A DNA stretch of 14,617 bases from Nitrospirota bacterium (GTDB lineage: Bacteria; Nitrospirota; UBA9217): contig DASPSR010000035.1 in assembly GCA_035623825.1 (NCBI GenBank), positions 1 to 14,617 of the forward strand, written 5' to 3'. Each line of letters begins with the position of its first letter. Position 1 is the first letter of the stretch. Shown here piece by piece: positions 1 to 8,259 of this stretch. Under the pieces are notes generated by a model, which worked only from the letters and a program-made list of their open reading frames with translations, was not told where the DNA came from and searched no databases. The position numbers and the translations under genes were made by a program.

Positions 1-2
1 CG

Positions 3-989
3 TCGAATCTGCCGAAGGATCCCTATGTTGCACGCCTGTATTTGAGGTACTTCGTGCCTCTTTCCTCTGAAACCGAGAAGGTGGAGCGGGGGATGGATCA
101 ACTCCCGGGGTACCAACCAGTCGCGAGATGGGAAATAAAAGTCGGGAAGTTTACCCTCACGGACGATTTTGACCAGAACCGCTACGCCAATAATAACAGG
201 ACACAGTTCCTCAATTACGATTTTTTGTATAACACTGCCTGGGATTATGCATCGGATACCCGGGGCTACAGCTACGGATTTGTCACAGCCCTCGTACAGC
301 AGAGATGGAAAGTGGCCTTCGGCGTCTTCATGGAACCGAATACCGCCAACGGCGCCGATTATGATTTCTTCAATACGCGTGAACTGGGTTACAATCTGGA
401 ACTCACCCTGAAGCCAAACAATGCGGGGACCGTAGTCCGTCTGCTCCGCTATTTCAATGAGGCTCGGATGGGAAACTACGATGATGCCCTGGAGCTCGGC
501 CGTGCCACCTCCTCAACACCCAATCTCCTGCTCGTTGAGAAGCCCGGCGGTACAAAGTACGGTTTTGGACTCAATTTCGAGCAACCGCTTGCGGACGAAG
601 GTGAAACAGGCATGTTCGGGCGCCTTGGCTGGAATGACGGTTACTACGAGACCTGGTCCTACACGGAGTCCGACCGTCATGCAAGCCTTGGAGCTCAGCT
701 GAGCGGAGTGCACTGGGGGAGGAATCAAGACCGTATCGGCATCGCATACGGAATAAATGGTCTGGCACCTAGGCATAAAGACTATCTGGCAGCAGGCGGC
801 ATCGGCATGCTTCTGGGGGACGGCAAGCTCAATTACAAACCCGAGCAGGTTTTTGAAATATATTATCTCGTTCAGATCGGCCGATACGCACAATTGTCAC
901 CCGATTTTCAATACTTACAGAATCCTGGATACAACCAAGATCGGGGCCCTGTGGAAGTGTATTCTTTGCGTTTGCACCTGAGCTATTAG
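3..989 (+). CDS. Carbohydrate-selective (OprB-like) outer membrane porin, 5'-truncated by the window edge
   Basis: The frame is open from position 3 (SNLPKDPYVARLYLRY...), so the start lies outside the window. It contains motifs I associate with this porin group (GKF..D.FD.NRY, AWDYASDTRGYSYG, SPDFQY..NPGYN.DRGP) and ends in an amphipathic beta-strand with a terminal aromatic residue (RLHLSY). Confidence 0.85.
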   Translation, partial: SNLPKDPYVARLYLRYFVPLSSETEKVERGMDQLPGYQPVARWEIKVGKFTLTDDFDQNRYANNNRTQFLNYDFLYNTAWDYASDTRGYSYGFVTALVQQRWKVAFGVFMEPNTANGADYDFFNTRELGYNLELTLKPNNAGTVVRLLRYFNEARMGNYDDALELGRATSSTPNLLLVEKPGGTKYGFGLNFEQPLADEGETGMFGRLGWNDGYYETWSYTESDRHASLGAQLSGVHWGRNQDRIGIAYGINGLAPRHKDYLAAGGIGMLLGDGKLNYKPEQVFEIYYLVQIGRYAQLSPDFQYLQNPGYNQDRGPVEVYSLRLHLSY

Positions 990-1071
990 CCATCAGTGGT
1001 TGAGCTTGAGGGATCTCAATTGCAAGATGAACAGTCCCATGGTTAATGCATGGGATATAGATGGATGTATC

Positions 1072-1110
1072 AATCCGAAGGTCAGAGTTTCAAATCCTCT
1101 CCTACGACCA
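1072..1110 (+). pseudogene. Degenerate 3' half of a tRNA, most like initiator tRNA-Met; possible att-site relic
   Basis: AATCCGAAGGTCAGAGTTTCAAATCCTCTCCTACGACCA shows an AGGTC variable loop, a T-arm AGAG(T)-TTCAAAT-CCTCT with one mismatch, and an ACCA end. No D-arm or 5' acceptor strand is visible upstream. Confidence 0.65.
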
Positions 1111-1172
1111 AACTTATCACGGTGTTACGGTTTTTAAGGCCGTTGAAAAACTCCCAGCGTAATTTACTATAT

Positions 1173-1475
1173 TCATGGCCACAGCTTGCGGAGAGTCTTC
1201 AGCCCCTTGAGATAATCTTCGTATTCCAAGTTTGATTCCACTCCGTATTCGGCAAGGATGTCAATCATCTTAGAAAGCGATACCCCCGCCAATCGCGACG
1301 CTTTTTCAAGGGATGCTTCGGATTTTTTGTACTTTTCAACGGCAAGCATGATCCTTCCGAGATCGACAAGTTCGCGCACAGCCGTAGACATGTCTTCCTG
1401 TTCTTCCTTAGCCAAAGAAGAAAGAAACTTATAATCTTTATCATCGATTCGTATGCTCAAAGTTTTTGTGGCCAT
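1173..1475 (-). CDS. Putative antitoxin: N-terminal ribbon-helix-helix-like region plus UPF0175-like C-terminal domain
   Basis: TKTLSIRID fits an RHH beta-strand. The C-terminal part reads ASLEKASRLAGVSL..MIDIL..YGV. The gene starts 3 nt after the PIN gene stop, with GGAGGG just upstream. Confidence 0.75.
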   Translation of the reverse strand: MATKTLSIRIDDKDYKFLSSLAKEEQEDMSTAVRELVDLGRIMLAVEKYKKSEASLEKASRLAGVSLSKMIDILAEYGVESNLEYEDYLKGLKTLRKLWP

Positions 1476-1478
1476 CCC

Positions 1479-1976
1479 TTACCCTCCCTCGATGAGCCGT
1501 GCGGCATCATCCATGATCTGTTTGCTGTATCTGCCGATCAATTGCAGCTTCTCTAGTTTAATGACACCTTCATCTTTTGACAAAACACCTTTTTCGACGG
1601 ATCGTATCAAAAAAGAAACTGCCGTGACAAATTCCAACTTTAATAGCTTGCATGCCCGAATTGCATTTCTATCATCGGTTGCTACGATATTCGTCTTTTT
1701 TTCACTAGCCAACGTTAATGCCTCTGCCTCTCCTGCATCAATACTAAAATCATCCATGAGTCTTTTTACGAGAGCTGCATTCTTGACTTTTACAACGCTG
1801 ATCTTTTTGTCTTCGATGTATCGGTTGATTGATTCAGCGCCCTCTTTGCCTGACCCTGTTACTTCTACTCTTACTTTTTCAGGAATAATAACAGTTCCTT
1901 CAAAATTCGACAAAAACAGGTCAAGAACATCAATTCGCTGAAGGAGAATCAGTGCAGATGAATCAAATATGATCAT
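1479..1976 (-). CDS. PIN-domain (VapC/DUF3368-like) putative ribonuclease toxin
   Basis: Acidic PIN motifs IIFDSSALI, PEKVRVE, IDAGEAEAL and VATDD in a 165 aa protein. Confidence 0.85.
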   Translation of the reverse strand: MIIFDSSALILLQRIDVLDLFLSNFEGTVIIPEKVRVEVTGSGKEGAESINRYIEDKKISVVKVKNAALVKRLMDDFSIDAGEAEALTLASEKKTNIVATDDRNAIRACKLLKLEFVTAVSFLIRSVEKGVLSKDEGVIKLEKLQLIGRYSKQIMDDAARLIEGG

Positions 1977-1981
1977 ACTTT

Positions 1982-2010
1982 ATTATATGACATTGTATGA
2001 CAAATGTCAA
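1982..2010 (-). promoter_or_regulatory. Consensus sigma70 promoter of the TA operon with overlapping TGTCA/TGACA operator repeats
   Basis: The minus strand reads TTGACA (2010-2005), a 17 nt spacer, TATAAT (1987-1982), AAAGT, then ATG. Three TGACA/TGTCA pentamers overlap the -35 box and spacer. Confidence 0.85.
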
Positions 2011-2032
2011 GAGCTTAATATTCGGGGGATGT

Positions 2033-2108
2033 AATGGTAATAGACCGCGATGTGCTCAAACCTGAATTACAAAATGGCATTCTGGCTGAACACCCGAAGG
2101 TCATGTGA
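2033..2108 (+). repeat. Dispersed ~77 bp direct repeat, copy 1
   Basis: Aligns by eye to 6609-6685 with 7 mismatches and 1 gap. Confidence 0.9.
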
Positions 2109-2397
2109 CGATGTGTGAGCAATAAAGCGCGTCCTTAAAATTATTTCTGATTGTAATCCTGATTTTTTTACCATTATAAAAGTGCACTTCATCCTGAAGC
2201 TATTGTTGACTGATACAACGGTACGCATGTTTCATGCCGAATTTTAGCCATTAATTATTTTGTTAATAATTTTAGTCGCAGCCCTCACATAATAAAATTC
2301 TATGTTATATTTGATTTAGGAACGTACCTGCAGCAGATCTGTATCTATCTTCCAATATAGCCAAAAAAATTCAACTTAAAATAAGGAGGGACAACGC

Positions 2398-3858
2398 ATG
2401 AGGATTTATTCCATGAAGTATGGTTCAATGATTGTCTTACTGATAATGGCTATTATATCAGGACTACTTCTATTACAAGGGGCGCCTGCACTGGCCGCAA
2501 CGTCAGCGAAGATAAGCGAGCAGGAGGCGCGAGAGATCGGCATTGATGCGTATATCTATTTCTATCCGCTCATCTCCATGGACATTACGCGCAAACAGTT
2601 TACGAATATCGAGCCTGGAAAGGAATTCGGCAAGGGGCCGATGAACATGTTCGTCAGCGTGCCTGAATATCCGCCCGCTAATTTCAAGGGCGTCGTGAGG
2701 TCTAATTTTGATACGCTGTATTCAATAGCGTGGCTCGACCTCACCAAGGAACCAATGGTCGTTTCGGCACCGGACACTGGAGGCCGGTTCTATCTCCTGC
2801 CGATGCTCGACATGTGGACAGATGTGTTCGCTTCACCGGGCTGGCGCACAACGGGAACGCAGGCAGGTAATTTCCTCATAACCCCGCCGGGCTGGACCGG
2901 CAAAGTTCCGGACGGTTTCGCCCGAATTGATGCTCCCACCGCGCATGTATGGGTGATCGGCCGAACTAAGACCGATGGGCCTCCTGATTATGATGCCGTG
3001 CACAAGATTCAGGCGGGCTACAAGGTCACGCCGCTTTCGCGCTGGGGCAAATCGGCTGAACCAGTAACCGTGAAGATAGATCCTTCTATCGACATGAAGA
3101 CACCGCCGAAGATCCAGGTGGACACCATGACTGCAGACAAATTCTTTACGTATGCTGCCGAACTGCTGAAGGTGAATCCTCCACACATCACGGACCAACC
3201 GATCATTGCCGTCATGAAGCGGATTGGCATCGAGCCAGGAAAGAGCTTTGCTTTCGACAAGCTCGATCCTGTCGTTCAAAACGCCCTCTCCACTGTGCCG
3301 GCTGAAGCACAGAAGCTCATGAAGTGGAAAATGGCCACGCTTGCGCGGGTCGTGAATGGCTGGTCGATGAACACCGACACAATGGGTGTTTATGGAAATT
3401 ATTATCTTAAACGGGCCATCGTTGCCCAGTTCGGCCTCGGCGCCAACCTTCCGGAGGATGCAATCTACCCGGTAAATCTGGCTGACGAGACTGGAAAGCC
3501 GCTCGACGGCACGAACAAGTATACGATCCATTTCGACAAGGCATCTCTGCCCCCCGTCAATGCTTTCTGGTCAATCACGCTTTACGATTCGGATGGCTTC
3601 CAGGTAGCGAATGTGCTAAACCGATTTGCTGTCAGTAGCTGGATGCCGTTCAAGTACAATTCAGACGGTTCCCTGGACCTCTATTTCCAGAACGAAAGTC
3701 CGGGCAAGAACATAGAAGCTAACTGGTTGCCTGCTCCGAAGGGCGCGTTCAATCTGACCATGCGCCTCTATTCTCCAAAGTCCGAGGCGCTCACCGGCAA
3801 GTGGAATCCGCCGCCAGTCGTGAAAACTCAGGAGTCTTCACAAATGCAAGTACAGTGA
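2398..3858 (+). CDS. DUF1254/DUF1214 family exported protein
   Basis: RBS AAGGAGG and a signal peptide ending ALA-A. Family-typical motifs: AYIYFYPL, VVRSNFDTLYSIAWLDL, GLGANLPEDAIYP, PPVNAFWSITLY and NWLPAP..F.LTMRLY.P. Confidence 0.9.
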   Translation: MRIYSMKYGSMIVLLIMAIISGLLLLQGAPALAATSAKISEQEAREIGIDAYIYFYPLISMDITRKQFTNIEPGKEFGKGPMNMFVSVPEYPPANFKGVVRSNFDTLYSIAWLDLTKEPMVVSAPDTGGRFYLLPMLDMWTDVFASPGWRTTGTQAGNFLITPPGWTGKVPDGFARIDAPTAHVWVIGRTKTDGPPDYDAVHKIQAGYKVTPLSRWGKSAEPVTVKIDPSIDMKTPPKIQVDTMTADKFFTYAAELLKVNPPHITDQPIIAVMKRIGIEPGKSFAFDKLDPVVQNALSTVPAEAQKLMKWKMATLARVVNGWSMNTDTMGVYGNYYLKRAIVAQFGLGANLPEDAIYPVNLADETGKPLDGTNKYTIHFDKASLPPVNAFWSITLYDSDGFQVANVLNRFAVSSWMPFKYNSDGSLDLYFQNESPGKNIEANWLPAPKGAFNLTMRLYSPKSEALTGKWNPPPVVKTQESSQMQVQ

Positions 3859-3870
3859 CGTCATTGATAG

Positions 3871-3908
3871 GCAGGAAGGGAAGAGCTTAGGTGCTCTTTC
3901 CTTCTTGC
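3871..3908 (+). terminator. 16-bp hairpin after the DUF1254 gene; probable terminator or mRNA-stabilising stem
   Basis: GCAGGAAGGGAAGAGC-TTAGGT-GCTCTTTCCTTCTTGC, with G-U pairs, lies 12 nt after the stop. The U-tail is weak (TCTGTT). Confidence 0.55.
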
Positions 3909-4559
3909 TCTGTTCCAGGAACGTAGCTTCTGTTCGCTATTGAATCCATCCTGCAACATTGGAGCACTCATCTTTGGAAAAATCAATAGTCCATCTCGAA
4001 TTAGTTACTTTATCGCCCTCATGTATCTGCCCCGCATGCCAGACCTCTATCTAGCGTGACAATTTGAGTTTCTGATATACTATCAAAAGGGAGGTGTCAG
4101 GTTTGCTATCAATCATGCTCCAACCTCACTTGTAATCAAAAAAGTGCATACAGGACTGTGTCATCGCCCAATGGTCCCGCCTGAAGGCCGGGTATTCGGA
4201 CGACCTGGGAACCGGCAGGCGCTGAGCCTGTCCGTCCACAACAGCAACTGGACCAGCGCTTCTCGCCCCCTTGAGGTTATTACCCATCGCTCGACCGCGC
4301 CTCGAAGGACCGTAACGAGACGGGCGTATAGCTTTCGCCGCGCACTCCTTCCTTAAATAGTGGAGATACCATTACTATAAACAATCAATACTTCATATGG
4401 ATATTTTATAGCCTACTGATTCTGAAAACGTCCTTTCACAAAGACAACCATGGTGATTGACATCGCGCTGAATCAGGCATATATTCATTGCAAATAAATT
4501 CCTTGTTGCTTACCTTATTTCTTATCAACAAAAAACGATATATTAAAGGAGACAGCTCA

Positions 4560-4988
4560 ATGAAAACAAAATTATTTGCAACTTTAATAGTGTTATTTTT
4601 CACCGCAGTGACCTCCTATGCTGATGACGTCCCCAGAATAGTTCTTGATGGACTCAATGCTTACAAATCGGCCGGCTTCACAGAGGCCTTCAACGTGTGG
4701 CTAAAAGGATCACCGATGGAGAGTGACAAGACAACAACTATGAATCTAAAAGGTGGCTTTACACAGATTGAATCGATATTCGGGAAAATGATTGGTTATG
4801 ACGTTTTGAAAACTACGAATATATCACCGGTAACAAATCGAACATATATAGAAATAAATTATGAAAAAGGCCCGCTCTTTTTGTATTTCGACAACTACAA
4901 ATCTCCATCTGGCTGGATAATTCCCACGATGAAATTTCATACCGAGGCAGATAAAATATTGCCCTCAGATATGATAAATGGAAAATAG
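4560..4988 (+). CDS. Secreted hypothetical protein (142 aa)
   Basis: Start moved from 4488 to the ATG at 4560 because AAAGGAG lies just upstream and MKTKLFATLIVLFFTAVTSYA-DD is a clear signal peptide. Confidence 0.75.
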   Translation: MKTKLFATLIVLFFTAVTSYADDVPRIVLDGLNAYKSAGFTEAFNVWLKGSPMESDKTTTMNLKGGFTQIESIFGKMIGYDVLKTTNISPVTNRTYIEINYEKGPLFLYFDNYKSPSGWIIPTMKFHTEADKILPSDMINGK

Positions 4989-5076
4989 TAGCAATAATTA
5001 ACACTACTGAGAAGACTATATAACATATGCAATATGCACTCATTTTGAGGTGCTCAGTAGGGGGTCTACTCAATAT

Positions 5077-6591
5077 ATGGTTAGAGAGCATAACAATAGA
5101 ATCATGACATTCCTGTGTCTGTCTCTCTTGCTTGTCGTGCTGATTGTTACGGCGCTGGTTCTGTGGGGCGGCTCTGCGGTTCGTCCAGTCAATCCTCCGC
5201 TCGCGAAATCCCTTGCGAACACGGAGCAGCTGCAGTTCGAGCGGCTAGAACACAATCGCGGCGACCAGCGGGATCTTGTCGTCCTTGCGTTCTCTGGTGG
5301 TGGCACACGAGCGGCAGCCTTCTCTTATGGTGTGCTTGAGGCGCTACGGCGTATCGAAGCGTTGACCAGCACTGGGCATAGGATTCGATTGCTTGACGAG
5401 GTCGACGTGATTACGGGCATATCCGGAGGCAGTTTCACCGCTCTCGCATACGGACTATATGGCGATAAACTGTTTGATGAAGATAAATACGAAAAGGCCT
5501 TCCTCAAGCGCGACGTGCAGGGCGAATTGCTCAAACGAGCCATGAATCCTCTTTACTGGCGCGCCCTGGCATCCACAGGCTGGAATCGATCCGAACTTGC
5601 CGCGCAGCTATACGACGAAATCCTTTTCCATGGCGCGACGTTCGCCGATTTGAAACGAGAGGGTAAACCAGCGATTGCCGTGAGCGCGACAGAACTATCG
5701 ACCGGATCGCGAGTGAACTTCACACAGCAGAACTTCGATGTGATGTGTACGGATTTGGATTCGTTCAGGCTTTCGCGCGCTGCAGCCGCATCCTCTGCTG
5801 TGCCGGTCGTGCTGTCAACATTGACGATCAACAATTATGGCGGCACCTGCGGTTACCAGTACCCTGACTGGCTTCGGATGTTTTGGGCATCCGCCAAACC
5901 ACCGCGTCCGGCCGGCCGCATCCTCAAGCGCCTGCAGGAATTGAGTGAACTCGATGATGCCGTTAAAAATCCGTATTTCCATCTGGTGGATGGAGGTGTA
6001 TCAGACAACCTGGGACTACGAAGCGTATTGGATTACATTGAAACGTTCGAGGCGTTGCGGGCTGCTGGAAAAGCGACGCCGCTCGATCACGTAAGCAGGA
6101 TCCTCATCTTCGTCGTCAATTCGGTGTCGTCGCCCTCAAGCGTCTCGAATACCTCCGAGAACTCACCCGGCACCGCCGCTATCCTGCTGAAGGCGGCCGG
6201 TATACCCATCGACCGCTATGCCAACGAATCTGTCGAATTACTGAGGGATATCGATGCACGATGGGCGTCGATGCGTGAGATACGCGACTCGGTAGCATTC
6301 ACGAAGAGCAAGGACCCGAAGCTGGGTTATATGGTGAATGCGCCCAACGCCGATATCTATGTGATCGACGTTTCCTTCCGAGCGTTAAAGGACAAGACGG
6401 AGCGCGATTACCTGAATCAGTTGCCCACATCCTTTGTTTTGCCCGAAGCAGCGATCGATCGCCTACGCGCGGCCGCGGCGTCGATCATTCTCGACTCGCC
6501 GGACCTTCGGGAGGCGCTGAACAAATCGGGGGCCCGCATAGTCGATCCGCATAAGACGGCTCCTTTTCCGACGCCGGCTGCGCGAGAGTAA
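5077..6591 (+). CDS. Patatin-like phospholipase, N-terminally anchored or exported
   Basis: Oxyanion loop FSGGGTRAAA, nucleophile elbow GISGG, ASSAVP, and catalytic DGG (LVDGGVSDN). The start is uncertain (5050, 5077 or 5104). Confidence 0.9.
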   Translation: MVREHNNRIMTFLCLSLLLVVLIVTALVLWGGSAVRPVNPPLAKSLANTEQLQFERLEHNRGDQRDLVVLAFSGGGTRAAAFSYGVLEALRRIEALTSTGHRIRLLDEVDVITGISGGSFTALAYGLYGDKLFDEDKYEKAFLKRDVQGELLKRAMNPLYWRALASTGWNRSELAAQLYDEILFHGATFADLKREGKPAIAVSATELSTGSRVNFTQQNFDVMCTDLDSFRLSRAAAASSAVPVVLSTLTINNYGGTCGYQYPDWLRMFWASAKPPRPAGRILKRLQELSELDDAVKNPYFHLVDGGVSDNLGLRSVLDYIETFEALRAAGKATPLDHVSRILIFVVNSVSSPSSVSNTSENSPGTAAILLKAAGIPIDRYANESVELLRDIDARWASMREIRDSVAFTKSKDPKLGYMVNAPNADIYVIDVSFRALKDKTERDYLNQLPTSFVLPEAAIDRLRAAAASIILDSPDLREALNKSGARIVDPHKTAPFPTPAARE

Positions 6592-6608
6592 TCGATGCCG
6601 ACGGATAC

Positions 6609-6685
6609 AATGATAATAGACCGCGAAGTGCTAAAAGCCTGAATTATAAAATGGCATTCGGGCTGAAAACTCGAAGGTCATGTGA
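6609..6685 (+). repeat. Dispersed ~77 bp direct repeat, copy 2
   Basis: About 90% identical to 2033-2108 and begins 17 nt after the patatin stop codon. Confidence 0.9.
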
Positions 6686-6801
6686 AGACTATATGCACGG
6701 TTAAAAAGGGGGTTCTCAAGCCGAGCAAAGAACTTCATTGCGCACAGCATGGCGGAACCAGGGCCCGAGCCTACATCGAGGATCCTTGACCAACAAGGAA
6801 T

Positions 6802-7515
6802 TTATTTTTTATATTCTAACTTCAACTTTGTTGCTTTTCCGCTTTCAACTATAACCTTATAGGCTTTTATTTTATTAAACATTTCATGCCATGCTACTAT
6901 GGTATAAGTACCGGGAGGAACGTCCTTCAAGAAAAATTCACCGTCGTCATTGGTAACTGTGGCGTAGGGATGGTCGGTAACATAGATATATCCGTGCATC
7001 CAATGATGGGTGTCACACTCGACTTCAATGAGTCCCGCTTTTGTCAAGGGCTTTATGATTTCCTTGCCTTCTCCCGCGATGTCGACGTTGTACATTGTCA
7101 TGCCACCCCGGTATGTGTGGATATTATGAGGAATGGGATCATCGTTCCGCTCGATGAAGTTGTTGCCCTTAAACCCAATGGCTACATGCGGGACAAAGGC
7201 ACATTTAAGATTTGTCAGGGTGACGGACTCATTGGGGATCGGCTTACCCGCCCTGATGTCTTCAATGTACACGACTACGTTTTTGATCTTTCTATCCTTA
7301 ATTAAATATCTTCCTGCGAGAAGCTTGTTGCCGCAGAATGTGTTTTTTGGTATCACTTCGACCACCTGATCATTCGGCACATTTCCCCCCGAAAACTCAA
7401 CCGTACCTTCGATGCTGCCAGCATTCTTAATTTCCATAATTTCATAGGCTAAGGCAGTTGATGAGAAAGAAAACAGCACCGCAAATGCGCCGGTAATAAA
7501 ACATTTCTTTTTCAT
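6802..7515 (-). CDS. Secreted cupredoxin-like protein with a carboxypeptidase-regulatory-like C-terminal domain
   Basis: RBS AGGAGG and a signal peptide (ALA-Y). Motifs C.FVPHV, N.D...HNIH and CDTHHWM resemble type-1 Cu ligands. The C-terminal part reads T..DGEF.L.DVPPGTYTIVAWHE. Confidence 0.7.
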   Translation of the reverse strand: MKKKCFITGAFAVLFSFSSTALAYEIMEIKNAGSIEGTVEFSGGNVPNDQVVEVIPKNTFCGNKLLAGRYLIKDRKIKNVVVYIEDIRAGKPIPNESVTLTNLKCAFVPHVAIGFKGNNFIERNDDPIPHNIHTYRGGMTMYNVDIAGEGKEIIKPLTKAGLIEVECDTHHWMHGYIYVTDHPYATVTNDDGEFFLKDVPPGTYTIVAWHEMFNKIKAYKVIVESGKATKLKLEYKK

Positions 7516-7767
7516 GATGCTCCTCCTTTCTCATATTGTTTCTTTCATGCACTCCTACATGAGAGGAATAATATCATTACGCTCTGATTTTGTAGCAGCG
7601 AATTTCTTCGTTTCCAATTCATCTTTTTATCAATTATAAGATAAAAGCCTACGTTTACACGTTGTAGGCTACTCTAGTGGTGACTCAAGATCTTGAGGCG
7701 TCGAGGCGGTTAGACCATCAAGATTGTTTAAAAGGGTCCGTCATTAGTAAAGCTCACCTCCTGTGGT

Positions 7768-8045
7768 CTAAGTATATCTCATGAATTTTCTGATATCAAT
7801 CGAAGAATCATTGAGAAGAATAATGACAAAATTGCGTGCCAGCATATTCATCAGAGTATTGAAAATACAATTACGTTTTATTTCATTTTCAAGAAGCTTG
7901 ACAATAAACCGCATCTCGTGGATAATCACTTCTAGACACAGAAAAGCATATCCATCCTTTATAACACGCAAGCATTCAGGTTCTGCATTTAGAACTGCTG
8001 CCAGGAATTGGGCATTTTTTCATAAAATGCTTTACCGAAGTGCAT
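7768..8045 (-). pseudogene. Possible frameshifted hypothetical gene (~92 aa if one A is added to an A6 run)
   Basis: GGAGGAG-5 nt-ATG at 8045 opens an 18-codon ORF. A -1 shift in the A6 run (plus strand 8015-8020) would join it to the 7768..7971 ORF. I recognise no homology. Confidence 0.25.
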
Positions 8046-8259
8046 CGCGTCTCCTCCATCATCGAGTAGGCGTTCAAAAGATCACACTGAAATAAAATCG
8101 GCTCAAGCTGTTTTATAGGGCTTTTTTAACCTCTTATTTATCCTTTTCCCGATCAGTTTTTTACCAAGCGGATGAGGGTATCGATACCCAAAGAAACAGC
8201 TCATCGCTTGCACTGCTCAGGACGTTTATGATTCTCAACGGTCAATTTTCCGACATTCC

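Noticed and set aside
1072-1110. Functional tRNA gene
   Set aside because: It has no 5' half and the T-stem has a mismatch.
1453-1941. 162 aa plus-strand ORF
   Set aside because: Antisense shadow of the PIN toxin gene, with no motifs or RBS.
2034-2108. 24-codon ORF (MVIDRDVLKPELQNGILAEHPKVM) in repeat copy 1
   Set aside because: Copy 2 has a frameshift and an in-frame TAA, so coding is not conserved.
2833-3531. 232 aa minus-strand ORF and other short ORFs nested in long genes
   Set aside because: Antisense or alternate-frame shadows of well-supported genes.
4488-4559. Longer TTG start for the secreted hypothetical protein
   Set aside because: The RBS and signal peptide point to the ATG at 4560.
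2033-6685. The repeat as a CRISPR repeat or integron attC site
   Set aside because: Only two copies 4.6 kb apart, no spacers or cas genes, and no RYYYAAC/GTTRRRY ends with long dyad symmetry.
7781-8095. 104 aa plus-strand ORF
   Set aside because: No RBS and no recognisable motif; its composition looks like a chance ORF.
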